This document shows, one piece after another, positions 29,557 through 40,726 of a DNA stretch of 64,000 bases. How positions within the stretch are numbered: position 1 is the stretch's first letter; every line of letters begins with the position of its first letter. This DNA comes from Lachnospiraceae bacterium (GTDB lineage: Bacteria > Bacillota > Clostridia > Lachnospirales > Lachnospiraceae): NCBI GenBank assembly GCA_017617545.1, contig JAFZVZ010000006.1, positions 5,918 through 69,917 on the forward strand. Reading direction: 5' to 3'. Under the pieces are notes generated by a model. The model was given only the letters and a program-made list of their open reading frames with translations, made no database searches and was not told where the DNA came from. The position numbers were made by a program, and so were the translations under genes.

Positions 29557-30621
29557 TCAGTTGTTATCCTCGCTATCTCCGTTTTCGCGTCGAACTGCTT
29601 CCTCGTCGACGGTCAGGAACTTCTTTCCCCGGTTGTACAGCGCGAGGATGTGGTCCTTGTTGTCAAGATTTTTCGCAAGATAATTGTGGAACTCCTGCTT
29701 CGTGTGGCACGTCTCGATCGCCTTGCGAAGCACTTCCTCCTCATCCTGCGCGGGCTTGGCCGCTGCCTGGGACGCCTTGCGCTGCGCATCCGCCTGGGCG
29801 CGTTGTGCGCGTGCCTGCTCCGCCTCTGCCGTGCGGCGCACCGTCTTCTTCGTCGTCTCCTCGGCTGTGCCCTCACCGGTGCGGCGGTTCACCTTCTTCG
29901 GGGTCTCCTCGCTCTCACCGATGCGCTGTGCCGCCTTCCGCTCCGCGTCCGCGTTCTTCGCCGCGTTGTCGGAAGCTGCGCCCTGGGGACGTCCGCCCTG
30001 CGTGCGTCCGGTCTGCGGTTTCGCGCTTCTGCTGCCCTGACCGCTGCGGGTGTTGCCCGTTCTGCCGGAGCTGTTGCGCGATCCCTGCTCACCGGAGCGG
30101 TTGCCCGCACCGTTGCCGACCGTGCGGCGCGTTGTCGTTGTCTTCTTCTGTCCCTTGCCGAGCACCTCGTGCTGCGTCGTGTTGTCCGTCACCGGCATCG
30201 GCGCCACTCTGTGAAGGAAAGCGAGAAGTCCCGTCTTCACCTCACCGCCGCGTGCGATGACCGCGTCCACATCGGGCAGTCTCTCGATCGTGCAGCCGGT
30301 CATGCTCTTCATCTCATTGATGGCCGGCTCGTAGCCCTTGTCGTTCGACACGACATAGTAGGCGTTGCCTGCCTTCTTGGCAATGTCATAACCGAGATGC
30401 ACCATGATGATGAAGTCCAGGGCGTTCTTGCCGATCTGGTCGTTCGTGATCAGCTCCACGGTGGCATCGCAGTGGAACACCATATCCGCGTCGATCAGCG
30501 ACATCTTGGAGCACTTCGGCCCGAGGAAAATGCGGACCAGATCATTTTTCGTAAGATTCTGGATCCCGCGCAGTCCCTGCTGGCTGACATTCTCAAAATC
30601 AATATACAATACTCGTTTCAT
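29557..30621 (-). CDS. NYN/PIN-like domain protein with long basic RG/Q/T-rich disordered region
   Basis: N-terminus MKRVLYIDFENV...YYVVSNDKGY has NYN (LabA-like) grammar. It is followed by roughly 170 aa rich in R, G, Q, T, A and E, then a small C-terminal helical segment. Confidence 0.55.
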   Translation of the reverse strand: MKRVLYIDFENVSQQGLRGIQNLTKNDLVRIFLGPKCSKMSLIDADMVFHCDATVELITNDQIGKNALDFIIMVHLGYDIAKKAGNAYYVVSNDKGYEPAINEMKSMTGCTIERLPDVDAVIARGGEVKTGLLAFLHRVAPMPVTDNTTQHEVLGKGQKKTTTTRRTVGNGAGNRSGEQGSRNSSGRTGNTRSGQGSRSAKPQTGRTQGGRPQGAASDNAAKNADAERKAAQRIGESEETPKKVNRRTGEGTAEETTKKTVRRTAEAEQARAQRAQADAQRKASQAAAKPAQDEEEVLRKAIETCHTKQEFHNYLAKNLDNKDHILALYNRGKKFLTVDEEAVRRENGDSEDNN

Positions 30622-30695
30622 TCGGTTCCTCCGTGCACCGCGGACCGCTCACAGCTCATAATCCGCATCCGCTGCTGCGCTTCGCGGCACTGCAT

Positions 30696-31298
30696 TCAAT
30701 TCGTCCGGTCCGTCTCCGAGCTGAGCTCGTCGAGCGTCCGGTAGTATGCCGGGAGAAATTCCGTCATGAACAATTCCGCCTCGGGGACCTGCAAAGCGTG
30801 GATGGAATCCTCGAGCGTCTTCCTCGCGCTCTCGAACTCGCGGTTGCCCGCCTTGCCCTCCTCGATGCATTTGATGAGGGCGGACAGCTTGTCGGCTGCT
30901 TTCACGATCCGCCACAGCTCCTCCTCGCCTTCCGCGCGGAAGAACAGACTGCGATAGTCCCTGCGGATATCCTCGGGGAGCATCGACAGCAGGGCCTCGG
31001 ATGCGTCGTCCTCAATCTCGTGAAACACGCTCTGCATCTGCCGATTGTAATACTTGATCGGCGTGGGCATGTCACCTGTGATGATCTCACCTGCGTCGTG
31101 GTACAGACCGATCACCGCGCAGCGATCGGCGTCAAGCTGCTTGCCCAGACGACGGTTGCCGAGGACGGCGAGGCCGTGGGCGAGCATGCTGACCTCCAGG
31201 GAGTGCTCGCTGATGTTCTCCGGCTCGGAGTTCCTCATCAGCGCCCATCTCCGGATGTATTTCATTCGCGACAGCATGGCGTAAAATGAACTGCTCAT
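30696..31298 (-). CDS. yfbR: HD-domain 5'-deoxynucleotidase (YfbR-like)
   Basis: [31 protein letters not shown]...[19 protein letters not shown] is the YfbR-type HD motif. Start ATG 31298 overlaps the uvrA stop (ATGA). Confidence 0.85.
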   Translation of the reverse strand: MSSSFYAMLSRMKYIRRWALMRNSEPENISEHSLEVSMLAHGLAVLGNRRLGKQLDADRCAVIGLYHDAGEIITGDMPTPIKYYNRQMQSVFHEIEDDASEALLSMLPEDIRRDYRSLFFRAEGEEELWRIVKAADKLSALIKCIEEGKAGNREFESARKTLEDSIHALQVPEAELFMTEFLPAYYRTLDELSSETDRTN

Positions 31299-34162
31299 AC
31301 TTCTTTCTCCGGTGTTACCCCGGAACGGCGCTGAAGACACGGCTTCAGATACTGTCCGGTGTAGGATTCGGCATGGCTGCAAATCTCCTCGGGAGTACCG
31401 CTCGCGATGACGGTTCCGCCGCCGTCGCCACCCTCAGGGCCCATGTCGATGATGTAATCGGCGGTCTTGATGACATCGAGGTTGTGCTCAATGACAACCA
31501 CGGTGTTGCCACCCTCCGCCAGCATATGTAAAATGTCGATCAGCTTCTGAACATCCGCAAAATGCAGTCCCGTCGTCGGCTCATCCAGAATGTAGATGGT
31601 CTTGCCGGTGCTGCGGCGCGAAAGTTCGGTCGCCAGCTTGATGCGCTGTGCCTCACCGCCCGAGAGCGAGGTGGACGGATGTCCGAGCTTCAAGTAGGAA
31701 AGCCCGACGGCGTCCAGCGTCTTGATCTTGTTGCAGATGGACGGGATGTTCTCAAAGTACTTCACCGCCTCCTCTACACGCATGTCGAGAACATCGAAAA
31801 TGTTCTTGCCCTTGTACGTCGCCTCCAGCGTCTCGCGGTTGTAGCGCTTGCCGCCGCAAACCTCGCACGGTACGTACACATCCGGCAGGAAATTCATCTC
31901 GATCTTCACGATTCCGTCGCCCTTGCACGCCTCGCAACGGCCGCCCTTCACGTTGAAGCTGAAGCGCCCCTTGCTGTAACCGCGCAGCTTCGCCTCCGTG
32001 GTGGACGCAAACAGATCGCGGATCTGGTCAAACACCCCCGTGTAGGTCGCGGGGTTCGAACGCGGCGTGCGTCCGATCGGCGACTGGTCAATGTCGATCA
32101 CCTTGTCGAGCGCCTCGGTACCCTCGATCGTGTCGTGGTCCCCGGGCAGGATCGTCGTGGCGCGGTTTAACTTGCGCGCCAGGGACTTGTACAGGATCTC
32201 GTTGATCAGGGAGCTCTTGCCGGAACCGGACACGCCGGTCACACAGGTAAACACTCCGAGAGGCACCTTCACGTCGATGTTCTTCAGGTTGTGCTCTCTC
32301 GCTCCCTTGATCGTGATCCATCCCGACGGCATTCTTCTCTTCGCGGGAACCGGAACAAACTTCCGACCCGCGAGATAATCGCCGGTGATCGATCTCGGGC
32401 AGGCCATGATGTCCTCGGCCGTGCCCTCCGCGACAACCTCGCCTCCGTGCTGCCCGGCGCCGGGTCCGATATCGATGACCCAGTCCGCGGCACGCATCGT
32501 ATCCTCGTCATGCTCGACGACGATCAGCGTGTTGCCGAGGTCCCGCAGCTGCTTCAGGGAACGAAGCAGGCGGTCGTTGTCCCTCTGGTGCAGTCCGATG
32601 GAAGGCTCGTCGAGAATGTACGCAACGCCGACCAGCCCGGACCCGATCTGGGTCGCCAGGCGGATGCGCTGTGCCTCGCCGCCCGAGAGCGACGCGGTCG
32701 GTCTCGACAGCGTGAGGTAGTCAAGACCCACTTCCATCAGGAAACCGACGCGGGAACGGATCTCCCGCAGGATCAGTTTCGCGATCTGCTCCTTCTGCGG
32801 TGTGAGCTTCAGGTCTCCGACGAAGCGCTGCATCGCGTTGATGGGCATGTCGCACACCTCTGCGATGTTGCGTTCGCTCACCGTCACAGCCAGTGCCTCC
32901 TTGCGGAGACGAAGTCCTTTACACTCCTTGCAGGGACAGATGTCCATGAACGATTCGTACTCCTGCCGCATGGTCTCGGACGCGGTCTCCCGATACCTCT
33001 GCTGCAGATTCCGGATCACACCGTCCGCGGGAATGTCATACTGACCCATCCCGCGCCGGCTCTGGTAATGGACTTTCACGGTACGTCCGGGTTCGCCGTA
33101 CATCAATACCTTTCGCGCTTCCTCGGACAGTTCTCCGTAGGGTGTGTCCAGGGAGAAACCGTACGCGTCCGCGAGCCCCTTTAAGTACGCCCACGCAAAA
33201 CTGGTACGATTGTCGCTGGACTGAAATCCCGGCGCGGCCAATGCCCCGCGGTTGATGGAAAGCGACGGATCCGGAACGATTTTCCGCTCCGAGAACTCCA
33301 TCGTGTATCCAAGTCCGTTGCAGGCCGGACATGCGCCGAACGGATTGTTGAAGGAAAATGATCTCGGCTCGAGCTCCTCGATACTGATCCCGCAATCCGG
33401 ACACGCGAAGTTTTGAGAAAATGAGAGCGTCTCGCCGCCGATCACGTCCACGAGGAGCAGTCCCTCGCCGAGACGCAGCGCGGTTTCCACGGAATCGGTG
33501 AGGCGGGTCTCGATGCCCTCCTTCGCCGACAGACGGTCCACAATGATCTCAATGGTATGTTTGACGTTCTTGTCCAGCTTGATCTCCTCGGACAGGTCGT
33601 AGACACTGCCGTCCACACGGACGCGAACGTAACCGCTTCGTTTAGCAGATTCGAGCACCTTGGCGTGCTCACCCTTCCGTCCCCTGACCATCGGCGCCAT
33701 CAGCTGGTAGCGCGTGCCCGCGGGCAGCGACATCAGCGAGTCGACGATCTGGTCGACGGTCTGCCGCTTGATCTCCTTGCCGCAGTTCGGGCAGTGCGGC
33801 GTGCCGACCCTCGCGTACAGAAGACGCAGATGGTCGTAGATCTCGGTGACCGTGCCTACGGTGGATCGGGGATTCCGGTTGGTTGATTTCTGATCGATGG
33901 AGATCGCCGGGGGAAGGCCTTCGATGCTCTCCACATCGGGCTTCTCCATCTGCCCAAGGAACATGCGCGCGTACGAGGAGAGGGACTCCATGTACCGCCG
34001 CTGTCCTTCGGCATAGATCGTGTCGAACGCGAGGGAGGATTTGCCGGAGCCGCTCAGGCCCGTCAGCACGACGAACTCATCGCGCGGAATGTTCACGCTG
34101 AGCCCCTTTAAGTTGTTCTCCTTCGCGCCTCGTATGCGAATGTATTTCTTATGATCACTCAT
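31295..34162 (-). CDS. uvrA: Excinuclease ABC subunit A
   Basis: 955 aa. Two ABC modules ([20 protein letters not shown]), zinc-finger cysteines, LSGGEAQR x2. Confidence 0.97.
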   Translation of the reverse strand: MSDHKKYIRIRGAKENNLKGLSVNIPRDEFVVLTGLSGSGKSSLAFDTIYAEGQRRYMESLSSYARMFLGQMEKPDVESIEGLPPAISIDQKSTNRNPRSTVGTVTEIYDHLRLLYARVGTPHCPNCGKEIKRQTVDQIVDSLMSLPAGTRYQLMAPMVRGRKGEHAKVLESAKRSGYVRVRVDGSVYDLSEEIKLDKNVKHTIEIIVDRLSAKEGIETRLTDSVETALRLGEGLLLVDVIGGETLSFSQNFACPDCGISIEELEPRSFSFNNPFGACPACNGLGYTMEFSERKIVPDPSLSINRGALAAPGFQSSDNRTSFAWAYLKGLADAYGFSLDTPYGELSEEARKVLMYGEPGRTVKVHYQSRRGMGQYDIPADGVIRNLQQRYRETASETMRQEYESFMDICPCKECKGLRLRKEALAVTVSERNIAEVCDMPINAMQRFVGDLKLTPQKEQIAKLILREIRSRVGFLMEVGLDYLTLSRPTASLSGGEAQRIRLATQIGSGLVGVAYILDEPSIGLHQRDNDRLLRSLKQLRDLGNTLIVVEHDEDTMRAADWVIDIGPGAGQHGGEVVAEGTAEDIMACPRSITGDYLAGRKFVPVPAKRRMPSGWITIKGAREHNLKNIDVKVPLGVFTCVTGVSGSGKSSLINEILYKSLARKLNRATTILPGDHDTIEGTEALDKVIDIDQSPIGRTPRSNPATYTGVFDQIRDLFASTTEAKLRGYSKGRFSFNVKGGRCEACKGDGIVKIEMNFLPDVYVPCEVCGGKRYNRETLEATYKGKNIFDVLDMRVEEAVKYFENIPSICNKIKTLDAVGLSYLKLGHPSTSLSGGEAQRIKLATELSRRSTGKTIYILDEPTTGLHFADVQKLIDILHMLAEGGNTVVVIEHNLDVIKTADYIIDMGPEGGDGGGTVIASGTPEEICSHAESYTGQYLKPCLQRRSGVTPEKEV

Positions 34163-34236
34163 GAAAACGGTCTTTCTAAGTCGTAAAATGATATTGCTAT
34201 GTCAAATGTTTCCGCCCCGGACAGCCTCCTCGCCGC

Positions 34237-34299
34237 CGGTTTGCGGTGTCACGGTTTGCAGTGTCGCGGTTTGCGGTGTCGCGGTTTGCGGTATCGCGG

Positions 34300-34300
<1 letters not shown>
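34237..34300. repeat. 15-bp tandem repeat, 4 full copies plus a 4-nt partial copy, in the uvrB-uvrA intergenic region
   Basis: Copies are cggtttgcggtgtca, cggtttgcagtgtcg, cggtttgcggtgtcg, cggtttgcggtatcg, then cggt. The last bases run into the uvrB stop codon. Confidence 0.95.
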
Positions 34301-36285
<1,985 letters not shown>

Positions 36286-36309
36286 AGACGCCTTTCACTG
36301 TCCTGATAC

Positions 36310-37431
36310 TTACTCCTCAGCTCCGGGCTTGCGCGCCATCCACTTGAGGTACCCGTTGATGAACGGGTCGAGGTTGCCGTCCAGCACGCTCTGCGCGTTG
36401 CCGACTTCAACCTGCGTGCGCGTGTCCTTCACCATCGTGTAGGGCTGCAGCACGTACGAGCGGATCTGGCTGCCGAAGTTGATATCCTTCTGCTCGCCGC
36501 GGATGCCTGATTCCTTGTTGAGCTGCTCCTCCTGCTTGAGGATGAACAGCTTGGCCTTCAGCATCTGCATGGCCTTCGTCTTGTTCTGCAGCTGCGAACG
36601 CTCATTCTGGCACTGCACAACAATACCCGTCGGAAAATGGGTGATGCGGATGGCGGACGATGTCTTGTTGATATGCTGTCCGCCGGCACCGCTCGAGTGG
36701 TATGTATCGATGCGGATATCCTTCTCGTTGATCTCAACGTCGAGGTCCTCCTCAATGTCGGGCATGACGTCGCACGACACGAACGAGGTCTGGCGCTTAC
36801 CTACCGCGTTGAACGGGCTGATGCGGACGAGTCGGTGTACACCGTGCTCGGACTTCAGATACCCGTACGCATTGTGGCCGTCCACCTGGAACGTGACCGC
36901 TTTGATACCGGCCTCGTCACCGTCCTGGTAGTCGAGGACCTCAAAGCCGAAGCCCTTCTTCTGCGCCCACTTCTGGTACATGCGGTACAGCATGCTCGCC
37001 CAGTCGCAGCTCTCCGTGCCGCCCGCTCCCGCGTGGAGCGTGACGATCGCATTTTCCTTGTCGTAGGGCGACGAGAGAAGCGTCTCAAGGCGAAGCGCCT
37101 CAAGCTCCTCGGTAAATGCCGCGAGGTCGGCCTGGATCTCCGGCACGATCTCGGGGTCATTTTCCTCATTGCCCATCTCGATCAGATCGCCGATGTCATT
37201 GTACTGGCGCTCCAGCTTGCGGAACCCGTCGACGATCGTCTTCAGCTCGTTGAGCTCTCTCGTGGCAGCCTGCGCGCGGTCGGGGTTGTCCCAGAAACCG
37301 GGCGACTCGAGCAGTCCCGAGAGCTCCTCGATCTTGCGTTCCTTGCTCTCGAGGTCCAGGGAATCGCCGACTTCCTTCAGCATGCCCTTGTAGCTCTGCA
37401 GGGTGAATTTTGCTTCATCCAGTTCTATCAT
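36310..37431 (-). CDS. prfB: Peptide chain release factor 2, encoded in a single frame
   Basis: SPF tripeptide (RISPFNA) and GGQ (SGAGGQHINKT). Full-length 373-aa ORF without an internal stop. Confidence 0.95.
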   Translation of the reverse strand: MIELDEAKFTLQSYKGMLKEVGDSLDLESKERKIEELSGLLESPGFWDNPDRAQAATRELNELKTIVDGFRKLERQYNDIGDLIEMGNEENDPEIVPEIQADLAAFTEELEALRLETLLSSPYDKENAIVTLHAGAGGTESCDWASMLYRMYQKWAQKKGFGFEVLDYQDGDEAGIKAVTFQVDGHNAYGYLKSEHGVHRLVRISPFNAVGKRQTSFVSCDVMPDIEEDLDVEINEKDIRIDTYHSSGAGGQHINKTSSAIRITHFPTGIVVQCQNERSQLQNKTKAMQMLKAKLFILKQEEQLNKESGIRGEQKDINFGSQIRSYVLQPYTMVKDTRTQVEVGNAQSVLDGNLDPFINGYLKWMARKPGAEE

Positions 37432-37437
37432 ATGATC

Positions 37438-40095
37438 TTACTCCTGTTGTCCTTTTCTCATGCAGCAGAATTTGTACTTCTTGCCGGATCCGCACGGGCA
37501 CGGATCGTTCGGCTGAACCTTCTTGGTCGCGCGGCGGATCGGCGCGTTGGCCACGGTATCGTCCTTGTTCGTTCCGGTGATCTTCGCGACCTCCTTGCGC
37601 TCGACGCGCTGCTCCACGCGGAGGTTCATCAGAAGACGGATGGTGTCCTCGCTGATCGAGTTGATCATGTTCTCGAACATGTCATAGCCCTGGAACTTGT
37701 ACTCCTGCACGGGATCGCGCTGTCCGTAGGACTGCAGGCCGATACCCTGGCGGAGCTGATCCATATCGTCGATGTGGTTCATCCAGTGGCGGTCGATGAC
37801 CTGAAGAAGGATGACGCGCTCTGCCTCGCGGAACTGCTCGATCTCGGGGAAGATCGTCTTCTCCTTCTCCTCGTAGAGGGAGATCGCAGCCTGCTGCGCA
37901 AGCTCGATGACATCCTGCTTCTTGCCGTGCTTGCTGAGGTACTCGTCCAGCTTGATCGGCTCGATCGGGATGATCTGAAGCAGATCCTCGTTGAGCTGGT
38001 CCAGATCCCACTGCTCGGGATACATGTCGTCGCCGATGTGGTTGCTCACGATGCGGTCAACCGTATTGCGCGCCATCTTGAGGATGTACTCGCGCATGTT
38101 CTCACCGTCGAGCACGCGGCGGCGCTCCTCGTAGATGATCTCTCGCTGCTCGTTGTTCACACGGTCATATTCCAGCAAATTCTTACGGATACCGAAGTTG
38201 TTGTCCTCGATCTTCTTCTGCGCCTTCTCGATTACGCTCGAGAGCATGCGGTGATGGATCTCCGCGCCGTCCGTGAGGCCGAGGGTCTTGAACAGGCCCA
38301 TCATGCGCTCCGAACCGAACAGACGCATCAGATCGTCCTCGAGGGAGATGTAGAACCGCGACTCACCGGGGTCACCCTGACGACCGGCACGTCCGCGCAA
38401 CTGGTTATCGATACGGCGGGACTCATGACGCTCGGTACCGATGATCTTCAGACCGCCCAGGGCCTTGATCTCGTTCGCGCGCTCCTCAGCCTCAGCATTC
38501 AGCTTCGCGCGCTCCTCCGGGGTTGCGTCCTCGGGGATCTCGATGTGTCCGCCGAGACGGATATCGGTACCACGGCCGGCCATGTTGGTTGCGATGGTTA
38601 CCGCGCCGCGCTTGCCTGCCTCAGCGATGATCTCCGCTTCCATCTCATGGAACTTCGCGTTCAGCACCTGATGAGGAATGTGCTTCTTGCGGAGCATCAT
38701 ACTCACGGTCTCGGACGCCTCGATCGTGATCGTACCGACCAGAACCGGCTGTCCCTTCTCATGCGCCTCCGCAACCGCGTCGACGATGGCGTTCAGCTTC
38801 TCCTGCTTGGTGCGGTACACCGCATCCTCGTAGTCGATACGGGCGATCGGACGGTTCGTCGGGATCGCCACGACATCCATGCCGTAAATCTGGCGGAACT
38901 CATTTTCCTCTGTCAAAGCGGTACCGGTCATACCGCACTTCTTCTCGTACTTGTTGAAGAAGTTCTGGAACGTGATGGTCGCGAGCGTCTTGCTCTCGCG
39001 CTTCACCTTCACATGCTCCTTCGCCTCGATCGCCTGGTGCAGACCGTCGCTGTAGCGGCGGCCTGGAAGAATACGTCCCGTAAAATCATCGACGATCAGG
39101 ACCTGATCATCCTGGACAACGTAATCGTGATCGCGCTTGAAGAGGTTGTGCGCCTTGAGCGCGAGGTTGATGTTGTGCTGGATCTCAAGGTTCTCGGGAT
39201 CCGCGAGGTTCTCGATGCGGAAGAACTGCTCGACCTTGCGGACACCTTCCTCGGTCAGGTTGACGTTTCTGTCCTTCTCGTCGACGACGAAATCGCCCGT
39301 CTCCCTTGCCTGCTCACCCATGAGCATGTCCATCTTGGAGACCTCGGTCTCGGTACCCTTCTTGAGCTGGCACGCGAGGATATCGCACATCTCATAGAGC
39401 TTCGTCGACTTGCCGCTCTGTCCGGAAATGATGAGCGGGGTTCTCGCCTCGTCGATCAATACCGAGTCGACCTCATCGATGACCGCGAACGGAAGCCCGC
39501 GCATGACAAGTCTCTCCTTGTAGAGCACCATGTTGTCACGCAGGTAGTCGAAACCGAACTCGTTGTTGGTTCCGTATGTGATGTCGCACGCGTACGCCAC
39601 GCGGCGGTCGTCGTTCTCCATGCTGTTCAGGATACATCCGACGGTAAGTCCGAGGAAGCGATGGATCTGGCCCATCCACTCGGAGTCACGCTTTGCCAGG
39701 TAATCGTTGACCGTGACGACATGCACGCCGTTGCCGGTCAGTGCGTTGAGGTACACGGGGAATGTCGACACGAGCGTCTTACCTTCACCGGTTCTCATCT
39801 CCGCGATACGTCCCTGGTGCAGAACGATACCACCGATCAGCTGCACGCGGAACGCGCGCTGTCCGAGCGTTCTCTTCGCCGCCTCTCTCACCGTGGCATA
39901 TGCTTCCACGAGGATATCGTCGAGCGTCTCGCCCTCCGACAGGCGCTTTTTGAACTCGTCCGTCTTCGCCCTCAGCTGCTCATCCGTGAACTGCTCGTAC
40001 TCCGGCTCAAGCGCCTCGATCCTGTCCACCAGCGGGCGGATCCTCTTCAGTTCGTGCTCACTGTGCGTACCGAATATCTTCTCAATCAGTTTCAT
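37438..40095 (-). CDS. secA: Preprotein translocase ATPase SecA
   Basis: 885 aa. MRTGEGKTL Walker [21 protein letters not shown]-terminal zinc-binding [13 protein letters not shown]. Confidence 0.97.
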   Translation of the reverse strand: MKLIEKIFGTHSEHELKRIRPLVDRIEALEPEYEQFTDEQLRAKTDEFKKRLSEGETLDDILVEAYATVREAAKRTLGQRAFRVQLIGGIVLHQGRIAEMRTGEGKTLVSTFPVYLNALTGNGVHVVTVNDYLAKRDSEWMGQIHRFLGLTVGCILNSMENDDRRVAYACDITYGTNNEFGFDYLRDNMVLYKERLVMRGLPFAVIDEVDSVLIDEARTPLIISGQSGKSTKLYEMCDILACQLKKGTETEVSKMDMLMGEQARETGDFVVDEKDRNVNLTEEGVRKVEQFFRIENLADPENLEIQHNINLALKAHNLFKRDHDYVVQDDQVLIVDDFTGRILPGRRYSDGLHQAIEAKEHVKVKRESKTLATITFQNFFNKYEKKCGMTGTALTEENEFRQIYGMDVVAIPTNRPIARIDYEDAVYRTKQEKLNAIVDAVAEAHEKGQPVLVGTITIEASETVSMMLRKKHIPHQVLNAKFHEMEAEIIAEAGKRGAVTIATNMAGRGTDIRLGGHIEIPEDATPEERAKLNAEAEERANEIKALGGLKIIGTERHESRRIDNQLRGRAGRQGDPGESRFYISLEDDLMRLFGSERMMGLFKTLGLTDGAEIHHRMLSSVIEKAQKKIEDNNFGIRKNLLEYDRVNNEQREIIYEERRRVLDGENMREYILKMARNTVDRIVSNHIGDDMYPEQWDLDQLNEDLLQIIPIEPIKLDEYLSKHGKKQDVIELAQQAAISLYEEKEKTIFPEIEQFREAERVILLQVIDRHWMNHIDDMDQLRQGIGLQSYGQRDPVQEYKFQGYDMFENMINSISEDTIRLLMNLRVEQRVERKEVAKITGTNKDDTVANAPIRRATKKVQPNDPCPCGSGKKYKFCCMRKGQQE

Positions 40096-40158
40096 TCAAT
40101 TCTCCTTTATTTCCGGGCATTCTTTCGTCCCCGACAAATTCAGCCCACATTCCGAATA

Positions 40159-40187
40159 AGTATAGCACAAAACCCGCATGAAATCAA
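40159..40187 (-). promoter_or_regulatory. Putative sigma-A promoter of secA
   Basis: Minus strand reads TTGATT, 17 nt ending TGc, then TATACT (extended -10), about 65 nt upstream of the secA ATG. Confidence 0.5.
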
Positions 40188-40258
40188 TGTTTTTTGCTCT
40201 CCGAAGCCTGCCTCTGTCCGCGATCCGAACGCTGCCTGAATTCACCCGTTTAGTACGC

Positions 40259-40310
40259 AAAAAAGCACCGGACAATGCACGGTCCCCCCCTGCCGTACAT
40301 GTCCGGTGCT
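40259..40310 (-). terminator. Canonical rho-independent terminator (minus strand)
   Basis: Perfect 11-bp stem agcaccggaca / tgtccggtgct, followed on the minus strand by a T-run (A6 at 40259-40264 on the plus strand). Confidence 0.6.
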
Positions 40311-40482
40311 GCTTCAAAAGAATTGTCTGTTTTTTCTCATGTAATACGTATTATTGTCTGACATTTTGTTTGTCAACACAACAATTTAAACATTTGCCGT
40401 TTTGTGCATTTTTTATGTTTCTAACAAAACATATTTTCGATTGGCGGCCGTTTGTGATTGTACTACAAAAGTTGAAAGAAAA

Positions 40483-40600
40483 TGTGGATAAAGTTGATAA
40501 CTTGGTGAATAAGCCAAGATTTCCACCGATTTTCGGGGTTTTCCTCCGTGGATAACTCGTGTTTTAAAAAATCTATCAACATTTTGTGATGTTATTCACA
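40483..40600. promoter_or_regulatory. DnaA-box cluster in an AT-rich non-coding island
   Basis: TGTGGATAA at 40483-40491 is a perfect reverse DnaA box. cGTGGATAA at 40547-40555 and TTATtCACA at 40592-40600 have one mismatch each. Two-mismatch sites lie at 40492, 40504 and 40573. Confidence 0.45.
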
Positions 40601-40726
40601 ATTCATTTTTTGATGAATATTGTGCAAGGTGACAAATGCCACCGTTGTCAAGACCTAATTTTCATTCTTTCGAAAAATATGTTGTCTGTAAATTTAGCCT
40701 GTTTTTCACACACTTTTGCACGATAT

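Noticed and set aside
29478-30744. Cys/Pro/Arg/Ala-rich plus-strand ORFs (260 and 404 aa)
   Set aside because: Antisense to the low-complexity region of the NYN-domain gene. Their extreme composition mirrors the sense-strand RG/A/E-rich region.
34163-34299. LexA/Cheo-type SOS box (CGAAC-N4-GTTCG) upstream of uvrA or uvrB
   Set aside because: No such palindrome is visible in the uvrB-uvrA spacer or in the 24-nt prfB-uvrB gap.
36310-37431. Programmed +1 frameshift site in prfB
   Set aside because: I looked for an in-frame TGA with a CTT TGA context near codon 25. None is present and the ORF is continuous.
36637-40239. 1200-aa plus-strand ORF spanning the prfB-secA region
   Set aside because: Antisense shadow ORF. 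Its composition is dominated by L, R, D, V, H and A with no motifs, while the opposite strand encodes textbook SecA and RF2. Long stop-free antisense frames are expected in GC-rich DNA.
40311-40726. Calling this region the chromosomal oriC
   Set aside because: No dnaA, dnaN or rpmH is nearby, and flanking genes do not switch strand at this site. It is kept only as a DnaA-box cluster or oriC-like hypothesis.
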